NCBI GenBank assembly: GCA_040390725.1
Contig: JAZJXT010000001.1
Location: 85,070 to 149,069 of the forward strand
Direction of reading: 5' to 3'
DNA from: Patescibacteria group bacterium
Lineage (GTDB): Bacteria > Patescibacteriota > Minisyncoccia > Phycocordibacterales > UBA9973
Length of the DNA: 64,000 bases
The position numbers were made by a program, and so were the translations under genes. The first letter of the stretch is position 1. Each line of letters opens with the position of its first letter. The notes below the pieces were generated by a model, which searched no databases, had not been told where the DNA came from, and saw nothing but the letters and a program-made list of their open reading frames with translations. Of this stretch, positions 22,504 to 30,828 are shown one piece after another.

Positions 22504-22549
22504 TTTTTATGTATAATTAAAGTATTATAAATTATTAATTTCCCGTTAA

Positions 22550-22957
22550 ATGGGACACAAAAATATGTTATATTTATTCGTTATTGGTAGGATTTTATTA
22601 GGAGGTTTTTTCTTATTGAATGGCTATAATCATATGAAAAATATGAAAATGATGGCCGGCTACGCAGGGTCAAAAGGTGTGCCGATGCCGACATTGGCAG
22701 TATTTGTCACAGGGCTAATGCTCCTTTTGGGTGGAGCAGGAATTTTGCTAGGAGTTTACGTAAGGGTTGCAATACTTTTACTTTCAATATTCTTAGTCGG
22801 CGTAAGTTTCAAAATGCATGATTATTGGAATCTTGAAGACCCAATGCAAAAAATGGTTCAGGAAATTAACTTCAAAAAGAATATGGCAATTTTAGGTGCA
22901 TTACTAATGATTTCCCTAATTCCATTATCCACATGGGCAATGTTGGCTTTGTTTTAA
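22550..22957 (+). CDS. DoxX family membrane protein
   Basis: GRILLGGFF..G, MHDYW, FKKNMAILGALL. Confidence 0.88.
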   Translation: MGHKNMLYLFVIGRILLGGFFLLNGYNHMKNMKMMAGYAGSKGVPMPTLAVFVTGLMLLLGGAGILLGVYVRVAILLLSIFLVGVSFKMHDYWNLEDPMQKMVQEINFKKNMAILGALLMISLIPLSTWAMLALF

Positions 22958-22961
22958 AAGT

Positions 22962-22989
22962 TTGACATTAGTTTTGATTTTGTTACTAT
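22962..22989 (+). promoter_or_regulatory. Sigma70-type promoter for the leader peptide / SAM hydrolase transcript
   Basis: TTGACA 22962-22967, 16-nt spacer, extended -10 TGtTACTAT 22981-22989; predicted start about at ATG 22997. Confidence 0.75.
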
Positions 22990-22996
22990 TAAATTT

Positions 22997-23077
22997 ATGA
23001 GATATATAAAACAAGCAAGCATGTTTATGATGATGAAAAACCCAAATTTCGGGGTTGCTTGTTGTGTTGCATCATAA
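22997..23077 (+). CDS. Putative Met-rich attenuator leader peptide MRYIKQASMFMMMKNPNFGVACCVAS
   Basis: 26 codons, Met at codons 9, 11, 12, 13; overlaps the antiterminator strand; too short for the ORF track. Confidence 0.75.
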   Translation: MRYIKQASMFMMMKNPNFGVACCVAS

Positions 23078-23140
23078 TCACTTAAATGTAAAAATGAAAC
23101 ACAAAAAACAGCCTCGAAAGGGGCTGTTTTTTGTTCCTTT
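23047..23140 (+). promoter_or_regulatory. Transcription attenuator (antiterminator 23047-23072 with 23094-23119; terminator 23101-23134)
   Basis: Mutually exclusive pairings; terminator ACAAAAAACAGCCTC-GAAA-GGGGCTGTTTTTTGT. Confidence 0.75.
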
Positions 23141-23176
23141 AGTTTTATTTTTGTTCTTTTTTAAACCCCAATACAT

Positions 23177-23935
23177 ATGTTGTTAGTTTACATTTCAGAT
23201 TGCCATGACCCTAACGCAAGGGGTCGGCTAGAAATTCGTTGTCGTGCATTGCTCGGTGGCTTGAGTTTCGTTTTTATCGGTGTTTCCAGTGAATTGGAAG
23301 CTTCGGGATGTTTGATTGATGCAATTGATGCATTGAAAGGTATTCCATGCATAATAATTGTAAATGTCGCTCCCAGGGGTGACAAAAAAAAGCATCCAAA
23401 TGGTATTCCGTTTTGCTTTAGTAAAGTCGGAGATATTACTATCATTGGTACACCGAATTGTTTTTCTTTAGCAAAGAAAATTGGCATATTATCAACTACA
23501 TCTGAAACCGATGTTTTGAGGGTATGTAAAATGTTTCTTGAGGAAAATGAAGCAAGACGAATTGCTAATTCTCAATTCAGGAGTTACGAATATCTTCCTT
23601 ATTTAGCTAAATGGCTTTCAGAAGGTAAAGATATTCCTGCGACGAAATTAAAGATTGCTGATTTTGGAAAAAAAGATTTTATTTGGTATGTTGATTGTTT
23701 TGGCAATTGCAAGACAACTATTTTTTCTAAAAAAGGTTTTTCACGCTGGAGTAATCGGGGATTTCGCCCTAAGTTCTATGAAAAATTGGCGGATATTCCA
23801 AGTGATGATCCTAGATCTTTTGTTGTTAAGGGAAGCTCCGGGTATGGCAATAAACGTTTTTTTGAAATTGTTTGTAAGGGTCGTTCTGCTAGTGAAACCC
23901 TTGGTTATTGTGTTGGTAAAGAGCTTCTTTATTGA
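23177..23935 (+). CDS. SAM hydrolase / SAM-dependent halogenase (DUF62) family protein, divergent
   Basis: N-terminal YISD, WYVDCFGNCKT, GSSG..EIV..GRSASETLG..VG match the DUF62 fold. Confidence 0.75.
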   Translation: MLLVYISDCHDPNARGRLEIRCRALLGGLSFVFIGVSSELEASGCLIDAIDALKGIPCIIIVNVAPRGDKKKHPNGIPFCFSKVGDITIIGTPNCFSLAKKIGILSTTSETDVLRVCKMFLEENEARRIANSQFRSYEYLPYLAKWLSEGKDIPATKLKIADFGKKDFIWYVDCFGNCKTTIFSKKGFSRWSNRGFRPKFYEKLADIPSDDPRSFVVKGSSGYGNKRFFEIVCKGRSASETLGYCVGKELLY

Positions 23936-23958
23936 TTTTAGAGGGTAAGTTTTTATTC

Positions 23959-23991
23959 AAATCACCTTGATTATGTCAGGGTGATTTTTTT
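23959..23991 (+). terminator. Intrinsic terminator, possibly bidirectional
   Basis: AAATCACCTTGA-TTATG-TCAGGGTGATTTTTTT. Confidence 0.8.
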
Positions 23992-23994
23992 ATA

Positions 23995-24013
23995 CGTTAG
24001 GCAAGACCTAACG
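23995..24013. repeat. Palindrome CGTTAGG-CAAGA-CCTAACG
   Basis: Same loop and compensated stem as 9320-9342. Confidence 0.7.
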
Positions 24014-24017
24014 CAAA

Positions 24018-24704
24018 CTATTTAATGCAACTATAAGCTTCAGCGGTGCCGGTGCCGTTGTAGTAATTGGGAGCGACTTTAGCTATGAGCGGGTCGCTCT
24101 TTAGTTTTTGCCAACCGAGAAATATCGAAAAGAAAATTACAAGAGTTGCGAGCGCCATATATGGGGCATCTTTTCCATGGTCATATGAAGTATTTTTTGG
24201 TTTGGGGCAAATCGCAGATACTGAGCTTGTCGAATGTATTTTTCCACAATCAAAATTCCTAATTTCACGTAGAGTTAAAAATATTGGCACCATCATAAAA
24301 ATAAATGCTAAAGTTTTTAATTCTAAGCCTTTGAATGGCAGGGCGGTGAGTCCGCCTGTCACGCCTATTAAAGAAAATAATGTTGATCCGCAGACAGGGC
24401 AAGCTGAAGCAAAAATTCCTAAAATAGCGCCCACTCCTGCACCACCTTGATTTTTAAAATTCAAACCATATTTACGAAAACGATAAGTTAAAAGTGAAAT
24501 GTTTATGCCGAAAAGTATAGACGTACCCAAAGCAAGAGCAATATAAAAGAAAGAATAGGTGGCTGACACGCCGGTGTGATCAATTAAAAATCCCGCATTT
24601 GAATCTATGCGTAAAATTAAATAGAAAACTAAAAGTAAAGCTAATGCCGAAGCAAGCCCAGTAAGTCCGTAAAATAAAGCATTTAAAGCCTTTTTATTTT
24701 GCAT
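24018..24704 (-). CDS. Membrane protein with CPVC motif
   Basis: About 5 TM, ASACPVCGS, LPFKGLE. Confidence 0.7.
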   Translation of the reverse strand: MQNKKALNALFYGLTGLASALALLLVFYLILRIDSNAGFLIDHTGVSATYSFFYIALALGTSILFGINISLLTYRFRKYGLNFKNQGGAGVGAILGIFASACPVCGSTLFSLIGVTGGLTALPFKGLELKTLAFIFMMVPIFLTLREIRNFDCGKIHSTSSVSAICPKPKNTSYDHGKDAPYMALATLVIFFSIFLGWQKLKSDPLIAKVAPNYYNGTGTAEAYSCIK

Positions 24705-24818
24705 TTTTATACTATAACATAAAATATCTAAAAAATAATTAGATTGCTCAACTTAGTCAAGTGTGCTAGCCTGAACATAGGCTAGTGAACAAATGATCTA
24801 GTTCTTTAAAAATCAATT

Positions 24819-26411
24819 ATGTCAGTAAAAAATCATAATAAGGCTGTTGAGACATCAATTGTTTCCGGCCTAAAAAATGCTATTATAGTACTTTTTGCAA
24901 AATGCGTTTCTTGGGTGATTTATTGGCGTCACAGTATGCCCATAAAAAGACAGGAAAAAATGCTCAGGTATCTTGTTAAAAAAGCTAAGGACACAGATTT
25001 TGGAAAAGATCATTTTTTTTCTGAAATAAAAGGTGATACTTTTGATGAGTTTTACGAGAACTTTAAGAAAAATGTTCCTGTTACTGATTACGAGGGGTTT
25101 AAAGGTTACATTGAAAAAATTATAACCGGAAAGCCTAACGTATCGTGGCCAGGAATGCTACTTCATCTTGCAACTACTTCTGGTACAACATCAGGAGAAA
25201 AGCGTATCCCGATAAGCAAAGAATCTATTTGGACACATATTCGTTGCGCCTTTTATGCATTAATGTTTTATATTGCGAGAAGTGGAAATGCTTCCTTTAT
25301 GAGTGGTAAAATGATTTTCCTTTCAGGAAGTCCTGAACTGGAAAGTATAAATGGTATTCTTCTCGGAAGACTTTCAGGGATTGTGAATCTGTATGTTCCA
25401 GCTTTTTTTAAGAGAAAGCAAATGCCTTCTCTTCATGTAAATAGGATTAGAGAGTGGAAAGTTAAGATAGATGGAATTGTTGCTGAAACAAAAGATGAAG
25501 ATATGAGACTGGTAAGTGGAATCTCACCCTGGATACAAAATTATTTCGACAGGCTCCTGGAGGTGACTAGAAAGAAAACTGTTAAGGAAGTTTTTCCTAA
25601 TCTTTCTGTGGTTGTTCATGGGGGAGTAAATTTTGATTTGTATGAGCAACACATGCGCAGTACGATAGGAGGTCCGGTAGATTTTATTGAAACTGGTCCT
25701 GCGTCCGAAGGGTTTATGGGTGTACAGGATTCAAATAGTGAAGGGTTATTTTTGTTTTTAAATCAAGGAGTATTTTATGAATTTATTCCTGTTGGTGTAA
25801 ACGAGAATGAAAATTACCTTGACCTTAATGATTCATCAAAACGTATTTTTTTGAAAGATGTTAAGATGGGTGTTGAGTACGCTATAATTTTAACTACAAG
25901 CGCAGGTCTGTTTAGCTACTTGATTGGTGATACAGTAAAGCTGGTATCAAACAAACCACATCGGTTTGTTTTTACAGGTCGTACTGCGCACTTTATCTCT
26001 GCTTTTGGGGAGCATGTGATATCTAGACAGGTTGAAGAAGCAGTTAAGTCTGCAATGCAGGCAACGGATTCTAATTGTGTTGAATTTACTGTTGCTCCAT
26101 ATGTGGCTCCAAAAACAGGTGACTCATCATACTACGAATGGTTTATAGAATTTAGTAAACTTCCAAATGATATGGAAATGTTTAGCAAGGTTCTTGATGA
26201 TGTTTTGTGTAAACAAAATAATTATTACAGCCATAACATAGAAGGAGGTATTCTTCAGTCTTCTCAAATAAGGGTTATGCCAAAAGGTATATTTTTTAAA
26301 CATGCGGAACTTTGCGGTAAAGTAGGTTCTCAGTTTAAGCCTATTCGTCTTTCCAATAATCGAAAGATGGCAAATGAGATTAATGAGGTAAGTTTAGTCT
26401 ATTTTAGTTGA
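24819..26411 (+). CDS. GH3 family acyl-adenylate/amido synthetase
   Basis: TTSGTTSG P-loop, xPASEG, FYEFIP, YLIGD, FTGRT..FISAFGEH, GSQFKPIRL. Confidence 0.88.
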   Translation: MSVKNHNKAVETSIVSGLKNAIIVLFAKCVSWVIYWRHSMPIKRQEKMLRYLVKKAKDTDFGKDHFFSEIKGDTFDEFYENFKKNVPVTDYEGFKGYIEKIITGKPNVSWPGMLLHLATTSGTTSGEKRIPISKESIWTHIRCAFYALMFYIARSGNASFMSGKMIFLSGSPELESINGILLGRLSGIVNLYVPAFFKRKQMPSLHVNRIREWKVKIDGIVAETKDEDMRLVSGISPWIQNYFDRLLEVTRKKTVKEVFPNLSVVVHGGVNFDLYEQHMRSTIGGPVDFIETGPASEGFMGVQDSNSEGLFLFLNQGVFYEFIPVGVNENENYLDLNDSSKRIFLKDVKMGVEYAIILTTSAGLFSYLIGDTVKLVSNKPHRFVFTGRTAHFISAFGEHVISRQVEEAVKSAMQATDSNCVEFTVAPYVAPKTGDSSYYEWFIEFSKLPNDMEMFSKVLDDVLCKQNNYYSHNIEGGILQSSQIRVMPKGIFFKHAELCGKVGSQFKPIRLSNNRKMANEINEVSLVYFS

Positions 26412-26414
26412 TTT

Positions 26415-26446
26415 AAATACCCGACATTGTGCGGGTATTTTTTTTA
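26415..26446. terminator. Terminator between convergent GH3 gene and nrdB
   Basis: AAATACCCG..CGGGTATTTTTTT. Confidence 0.65.
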
Positions 26447-27445
26447 TTCTTCTTTCTTCTTTTCGTTGTTGTGGCCGTGAGCGTCGACTTCGTAAGAAGT
26501 GTTTTGCTGTTCAAAGAAGTTCACAAGTTCGAAAACGTCAGTAGCTGTGGACATCCATTTTGCAGGGTTGGTGACTTTGAAATACGCCTCAAAGCCGAGC
26601 TCTTCGAGTCTGCGGTCGGCGACGTATTGCACGTATTGATTTACATAGTCGGCATTTAGACCCAAGATTCCTTTTGGGAATAAGTCTTTATTATAAGCGA
26701 CTTCCAAGCTGACTCCCTCGATGACTATGTCTCTGATTTCATTTGCGAATTCTTCTGTTAGGAGTTCTGCATTTTCTTCCAAGACTGTGTGAATTAAATT
26801 GATACCAAATTTTAAGTGCAAAGATTCATCACGTAGAACCCAGTTGATCATAGAGCCTAAATTTCGGAGTTGGTTTCTTTGACGGAAGGAAAGAGCCACC
26901 ATAAATCCAGAGTAAAACCAAATTCCTTCCATCACTATGTTTGTAGCGACGAGGTTGCGCAAGAAATCTTTCTTGCCTTCAGGTGTGTCGATGTCCAAAG
27001 TATTTTCCGTCATTCTTAGAAGATATTTTTTAATGAAAGCCTCTTTCTTTTCCATTGAGTCAGTATCAAGGTGCACATTGTAAACCTTGTCGCGGTCGAG
27101 TGGGAAAGTTTCGAGAACGTATTCAAAAGATACGCAGTGGTTTGCTTCTTCGAACATTTGTTTTGCGAGATAGAGGTGGCATTCAGGGGATTTGAGGTAA
27201 GGGTAAACTCCCAATGCTAGTGAACGATTCACGATAAGTTCTGCAGGGTTAAAGAATGCCATTAAGAATTCTACGGCATGGCGCTCATCCTCAGTCATTG
27301 CTTTCCAGTCGGCTAAATCTTCACCTAGAGGTATCTCGTGAGGGAACCAACTGTTTCTGACTGCTTGGTTGTACAAGTCATAAGCCCATTTATAATGCAT
27401 GGGATGTAAATTCATGTCTTCTGGTGAAGCTTTTCCTAAAATCAT
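26444..27445 (-). CDS. nrdB: Ribonucleotide reductase beta subunit, class Ic-type signature
   Basis: EEANH, EGIWFYSGF, RDESLH, NFFE..Y tail; Phe at the radical-Tyr position. Confidence 0.93.
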   Translation of the reverse strand: MILGKASPEDMNLHPMHYKWAYDLYNQAVRNSWFPHEIPLGEDLADWKAMTEDERHAVEFLMAFFNPAELIVNRSLALGVYPYLKSPECHLYLAKQMFEEANHCVSFEYVLETFPLDRDKVYNVHLDTDSMEKKEAFIKKYLLRMTENTLDIDTPEGKKDFLRNLVATNIVMEGIWFYSGFMVALSFRQRNQLRNLGSMINWVLRDESLHLKFGINLIHTVLEENAELLTEEFANEIRDIVIEGVSLEVAYNKDLFPKGILGLNADYVNQYVQYVADRRLEELGFEAYFKVTNPAKWMSTATDVFELVNFFEQQNTSYEVDAHGHNNEKKKEE

Positions 27446-27471
27446 AAATATTTTAAATTAATTTTTTAATT

Positions 27472-27526
27472 ACCCCCTCCGCCTTCGGCACCTCCCCCTT
27501 AATCAAGGGGGAGGAAGGGTGGGGGT
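27472..27526. repeat. REP-like multi-hairpin between nrdA and nrdB
   Basis: GCC-TTC-GGC and CCTCCCCCTT-AATC-AAGGGGGAGG enclosed by ACCCCC/GGGGGT. Confidence 0.75.
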
Positions 27527-30103
27527 CTACTGACAACTCTCGCACATCAATCTTTCTTGCGGATCAATAGGACAAGTGTTCGCGACTTTTTCTACTTTTT
27601 TAACCATTAAATCAACTTCACTGTCAGATGGGAGGTTTGGAGCAACAATAGATTCTTCTACTTTTATTTCTTCAATTTTTATTTCTTCTGGTTTTTTTTC
27701 TCTCAAAGCTGCAAAACCTTTTCTGCCTTGAGCTTCAGATTTGTTCACATGCGTCGTTGATTGCTCAGCGGAGTGGCGAGGTTTCATATGCAAATAATAA
27801 GTAGTCTTCAAGCCTTTGTCCCAAGCAGTAGTATAGATGTTCATAATCTCATCTATGTCACGGATATCTAAATACATATTGCGGGAAATTCCCATGTCTA
27901 CCCATTTTTGGGCACGAGCTGCGACTTCGATATATGCATAAGCTGAAACAGAGAAAGATGTTTTGTAAATTCTTTTTATGTGATCAGGAATTTCAGAAAT
28001 ATTTTCCAAGTCTCCGTGATTTTCAAGAATTTTCTCGCGAGTTTTTTCCCAAAGATTTTCTTTTTGCAAAGCTTCGACGAGGTTTGGATTGATTTCTAAA
28101 TATTTTCCGGAAATTTTATTACGAGAGAACATTTGTGCAAAGCGAGGATCAATACCAGGGGAAGTGCCGGCGACGAGTCCGATATTTGCATTTGGAGCGA
28201 TAGCGAGGAGGGTAGCATTACGCATTCCTTTTTTAACTTTTGCTCGCAAGGTGTCCCAATCAAGCGCTGGCAATAATTTTGCAGATTCTTTGCGCACTGT
28301 CAGCTCGCGGTCGCGCATTTTTTCAAGTTTCGCCAAAGTATCTACCGGGACATTGCCTTTGGACCATTCAGAACCTTTAAAGTTTTTATATGAACCTCTT
28401 TCTTCTGCCATGTTCGCGCTTTCATCTATGGACATATACGAAATAAATTCAAAAACTTGATCAGCGAAATCATAAGCTTCGTTGTCTTCATAAGAATAGC
28501 CTAATTTCTCGATAGAGTCTGCAAATCCCATCAATCCTAGGCCTACAGCTCTGTTTTCAGAGTCCGCACGGCGAGCCTCTGGGATAGGAAGTTCATTAAT
28601 ATCTACGAGGTTGTCGAGCTGGCGAGTTGCTAGGCGAGTGCTTTGTTCTAACCTGTGCCAATCAATTTGTCCGTTTATAATGTGCCTAGACATATTGATA
28701 GAGACTAAATTACAAACTGCAACGTTGTCGCGATTGGTAGGCAAAGTGACTTCAGTGCAAAGGTTTGAACAGTGTATAGTGCCAGTATTATTATTTAAAG
28801 CGCGAACATTTATGGAGTCTTTCCATGTGAGCCATGGGTGGGAAGTAGTCTCAAGAGAAACCAAAATGTTTTTGTATTGCTGGCGAGCAGGCATAACGTG
28901 GAAAATTTTCATTTTCTTTTGTTTTGCCATTTCTACATATTCTTTGTAGCGTTTGGAAAAATCTTCTCCATAAAGTTCATTCAAATCAGGAACTTCTTTC
29001 GGATCAAATAAATACCATTCATCACCAGCTATGACGCGTTTCATAAATTCATCAGAAATATAAACTGCGGTGTTGGCTGTGCGAGCTCGACGATAATCAT
29101 CACCGTTGTTTTGTTTAAGGTCTAGGAAATCTTGGAAATTTAAATGCCAATTTTCCATGTAGAAACATAGTGCACCTTTTTTCTTGCCACCTCTTTGGAC
29201 TGCGCGAACAGCAGAGTCGATAATGTGCATAAATGGAATTGGTCCAGAAGAAACTGTGTTGTTGGATTTTAATAGGGAACCTTCAGCGCGGAGCTTGGTA
29301 ACGGAAAGACCGATGCCTCCTGTAGCCTTGGAAAGCAACAAAACATCTGAAACAGTTTTCCCGATGTGTTCCATGTCGTCATGAATTTCCATCAAGAAGC
29401 AGTTTGAAAGTTTTGGGTGTGGAGTACCGGCGCCGATATTTGTAGAACCAGCAGAAAGATATTCGAGTGATGACATTTTTTCATAAAACTTTTTTGCCCA
29501 GACATTCGGCTCGCTTTCATTTAAAGACATACCCATAGCCACACGCATCCAAAAATATTGAGGAGTTTCGAGTGGGGATTGTTTCTCGTCTTTCATTAAG
29601 TATCTGTTTTGCATTGTAGAAAGACCGGAGTACTTGTATAGGTCGTCTCTGTCGATATTTAAAGCATTAGCAAGTTCGTCTAAATTAAACATTGTTGCGA
29701 GTCTTTTATCGAGCAAATTCTTCTCAACTGCGTTTAAAATGTATTCTTTGAAATGGCTAGCGTGAAGTTTACCAAATTCTTCCTTGGAAATAGGCTTGGC
29801 CTCATTGTCTGGGTCATAATCACCCATAACTTTTTTGTAAATAACCTTCAAAAGTAGGCGAGTAGCTATTTTATCGAACTCTAAATCGTATTGAGTGTTT
29901 TGAAGAGCGGCATTTATGGTGGCGAGGTCGAGTTCTTCAGTAGTGATGCCATCATATAGAGTGATGCGAGTCTCAGTCGCTATCTGAATAACCTTGCTGA
30001 TAGGGTCATTGATGCCATAGCAAGCGCGTTCGATAGATTTGTTGATTCTATCGGCGTTAAATTGAACTTTTGAGCCGTCTTTTTTTGTAACTGTTGTTGT
30101 CAT
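27527..30103 (-). CDS. nrdA: Ribonucleotide reductase alpha subunit with N-terminal ATP cone (start reassigned to ATG 30103)
   Basis: VTKKDG ATP cone, SNCF, SNLCTE, CNL.S, AIAPNA, TTYY, C-terminal CESC; TATAAT on minus strand at 30118-30113. Confidence 0.96.
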   Translation of the reverse strand: MTTTVTKKDGSKVQFNADRINKSIERACYGINDPISKVIQIATETRITLYDGITTEELDLATINAALQNTQYDLEFDKIATRLLLKVIYKKVMGDYDPDNEAKPISKEEFGKLHASHFKEYILNAVEKNLLDKRLATMFNLDELANALNIDRDDLYKYSGLSTMQNRYLMKDEKQSPLETPQYFWMRVAMGMSLNESEPNVWAKKFYEKMSSLEYLSAGSTNIGAGTPHPKLSNCFLMEIHDDMEHIGKTVSDVLLLSKATGGIGLSVTKLRAEGSLLKSNNTVSSGPIPFMHIIDSAVRAVQRGGKKKGALCFYMENWHLNFQDFLDLKQNNGDDYRRARTANTAVYISDEFMKRVIAGDEWYLFDPKEVPDLNELYGEDFSKRYKEYVEMAKQKKMKIFHVMPARQQYKNILVSLETTSHPWLTWKDSINVRALNNNTGTIHCSNLCTEVTLPTNRDNVAVCNLVSINMSRHIINGQIDWHRLEQSTRLATRQLDNLVDINELPIPEARRADSENRAVGLGLMGFADSIEKLGYSYEDNEAYDFADQVFEFISYMSIDESANMAEERGSYKNFKGSEWSKGNVPVDTLAKLEKMRDRELTVRKESAKLLPALDWDTLRAKVKKGMRNATLLAIAPNANIGLVAGTSPGIDPRFAQMFSRNKISGKYLEINPNLVEALQKENLWEKTREKILENHGDLENISEIPDHIKRIYKTSFSVSAYAYIEVAARAQKWVDMGISRNMYLDIRDIDEIMNIYTTAWDKGLKTTYYLHMKPRHSAEQSTTHVNKSEAQGRKGFAALREKKPEEIKIEEIKVEESIVAPNLPSDSEVDLMVKKVEKVANTCPIDPQERLMCESCQ

Positions 30104-30237
30104 AGGGTATTTATTATACTCCTCCATTAAACTGTTATGCAAGGTGGATAACTCAAAAAATATCACAAGGAAAAGAGGGCCTAACTTCGTCAATATGTGC
30201 ACTAAAAAAACCTTTGAAACTCTGCTATAATAGACCT

Positions 30238-30726
30238 ATGTTTGAGAGAAAAAATAAAAATAAAAAAAAGATAAAAATTATGGTCTTTGGTACCTTTGAT
30301 GGTGTGCATAAAGGGCATTTAAATTTTTTTAAACAGGCTAAAAATGTTGTAAAAAGTAAATTAAAAAATGCTGAGCCTTTTTTAATAGTTTCAATAGCGC
30401 GTGATAAGAATGTTTTTAAAATAAAAAATAGAATACCAACTTTTTCTGAAAAAGAACGTGTGAAGTTAGTAAAAAAATACAAAAATAATTCAGAGAATAA
30501 AGATAAAAGTTTAGTAGATAAAGTTGTACTAGGTGGCACCAAAAATTATATTCCGCACGTAATCAAAGAAAGACCGGATATAATAGCACTCGGTTATGAC
30601 CAAAAAGCCTATGTGAAAAACTTAAAAAAAGACTTAAAAAATAAAGGTCTTTTGGTAAAAGTTGTCAGACTAAAGTCACACAAGCCATACATATACAAAA
30701 ATGTCTTGCTAAAGAAAAAAAGATAG
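30238..30726 (+). CDS. Cytidylyltransferase-family nucleotidyltransferase (RibL/FAD synthase-like)
   Basis: FGTFDGVHKGH, IARD, PDIIALGYDQ; TGCTATAAT 6 nt before ATG 30238. Confidence 0.8.
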   Translation: MFERKNKNKKKIKIMVFGTFDGVHKGHLNFFKQAKNVVKSKLKNAEPFLIVSIARDKNVFKIKNRIPTFSEKERVKLVKKYKNNSENKDKSLVDKVVLGGTKNYIPHVIKERPDIIALGYDQKAYVKNLKKDLKNKGLLVKVVRLKSHKPYIYKNVLLKKKR

Positions 30727-30828
30727 TTTTTAATTCCAAATATCTACTATATTAAACATATGTATAAGTTAGTAGAACATATTTGCATCTTAAAAAAACA
30801 CGATTTTTTTAAAAAAGAAGTTTACAAA

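Noticed and set aside
22990-23140. SAM riboswitch or T-box upstream of the DUF62 gene
   Set aside because: No SAM-I core or T-box UGGNACC motif recognised; a leader-peptide model explains the pairings.
30104-30202. N-terminal extension of NrdA in the ORF track
   Set aside because: The ATP cone starts at ATG 30103, which has a TATAAT just upstream.
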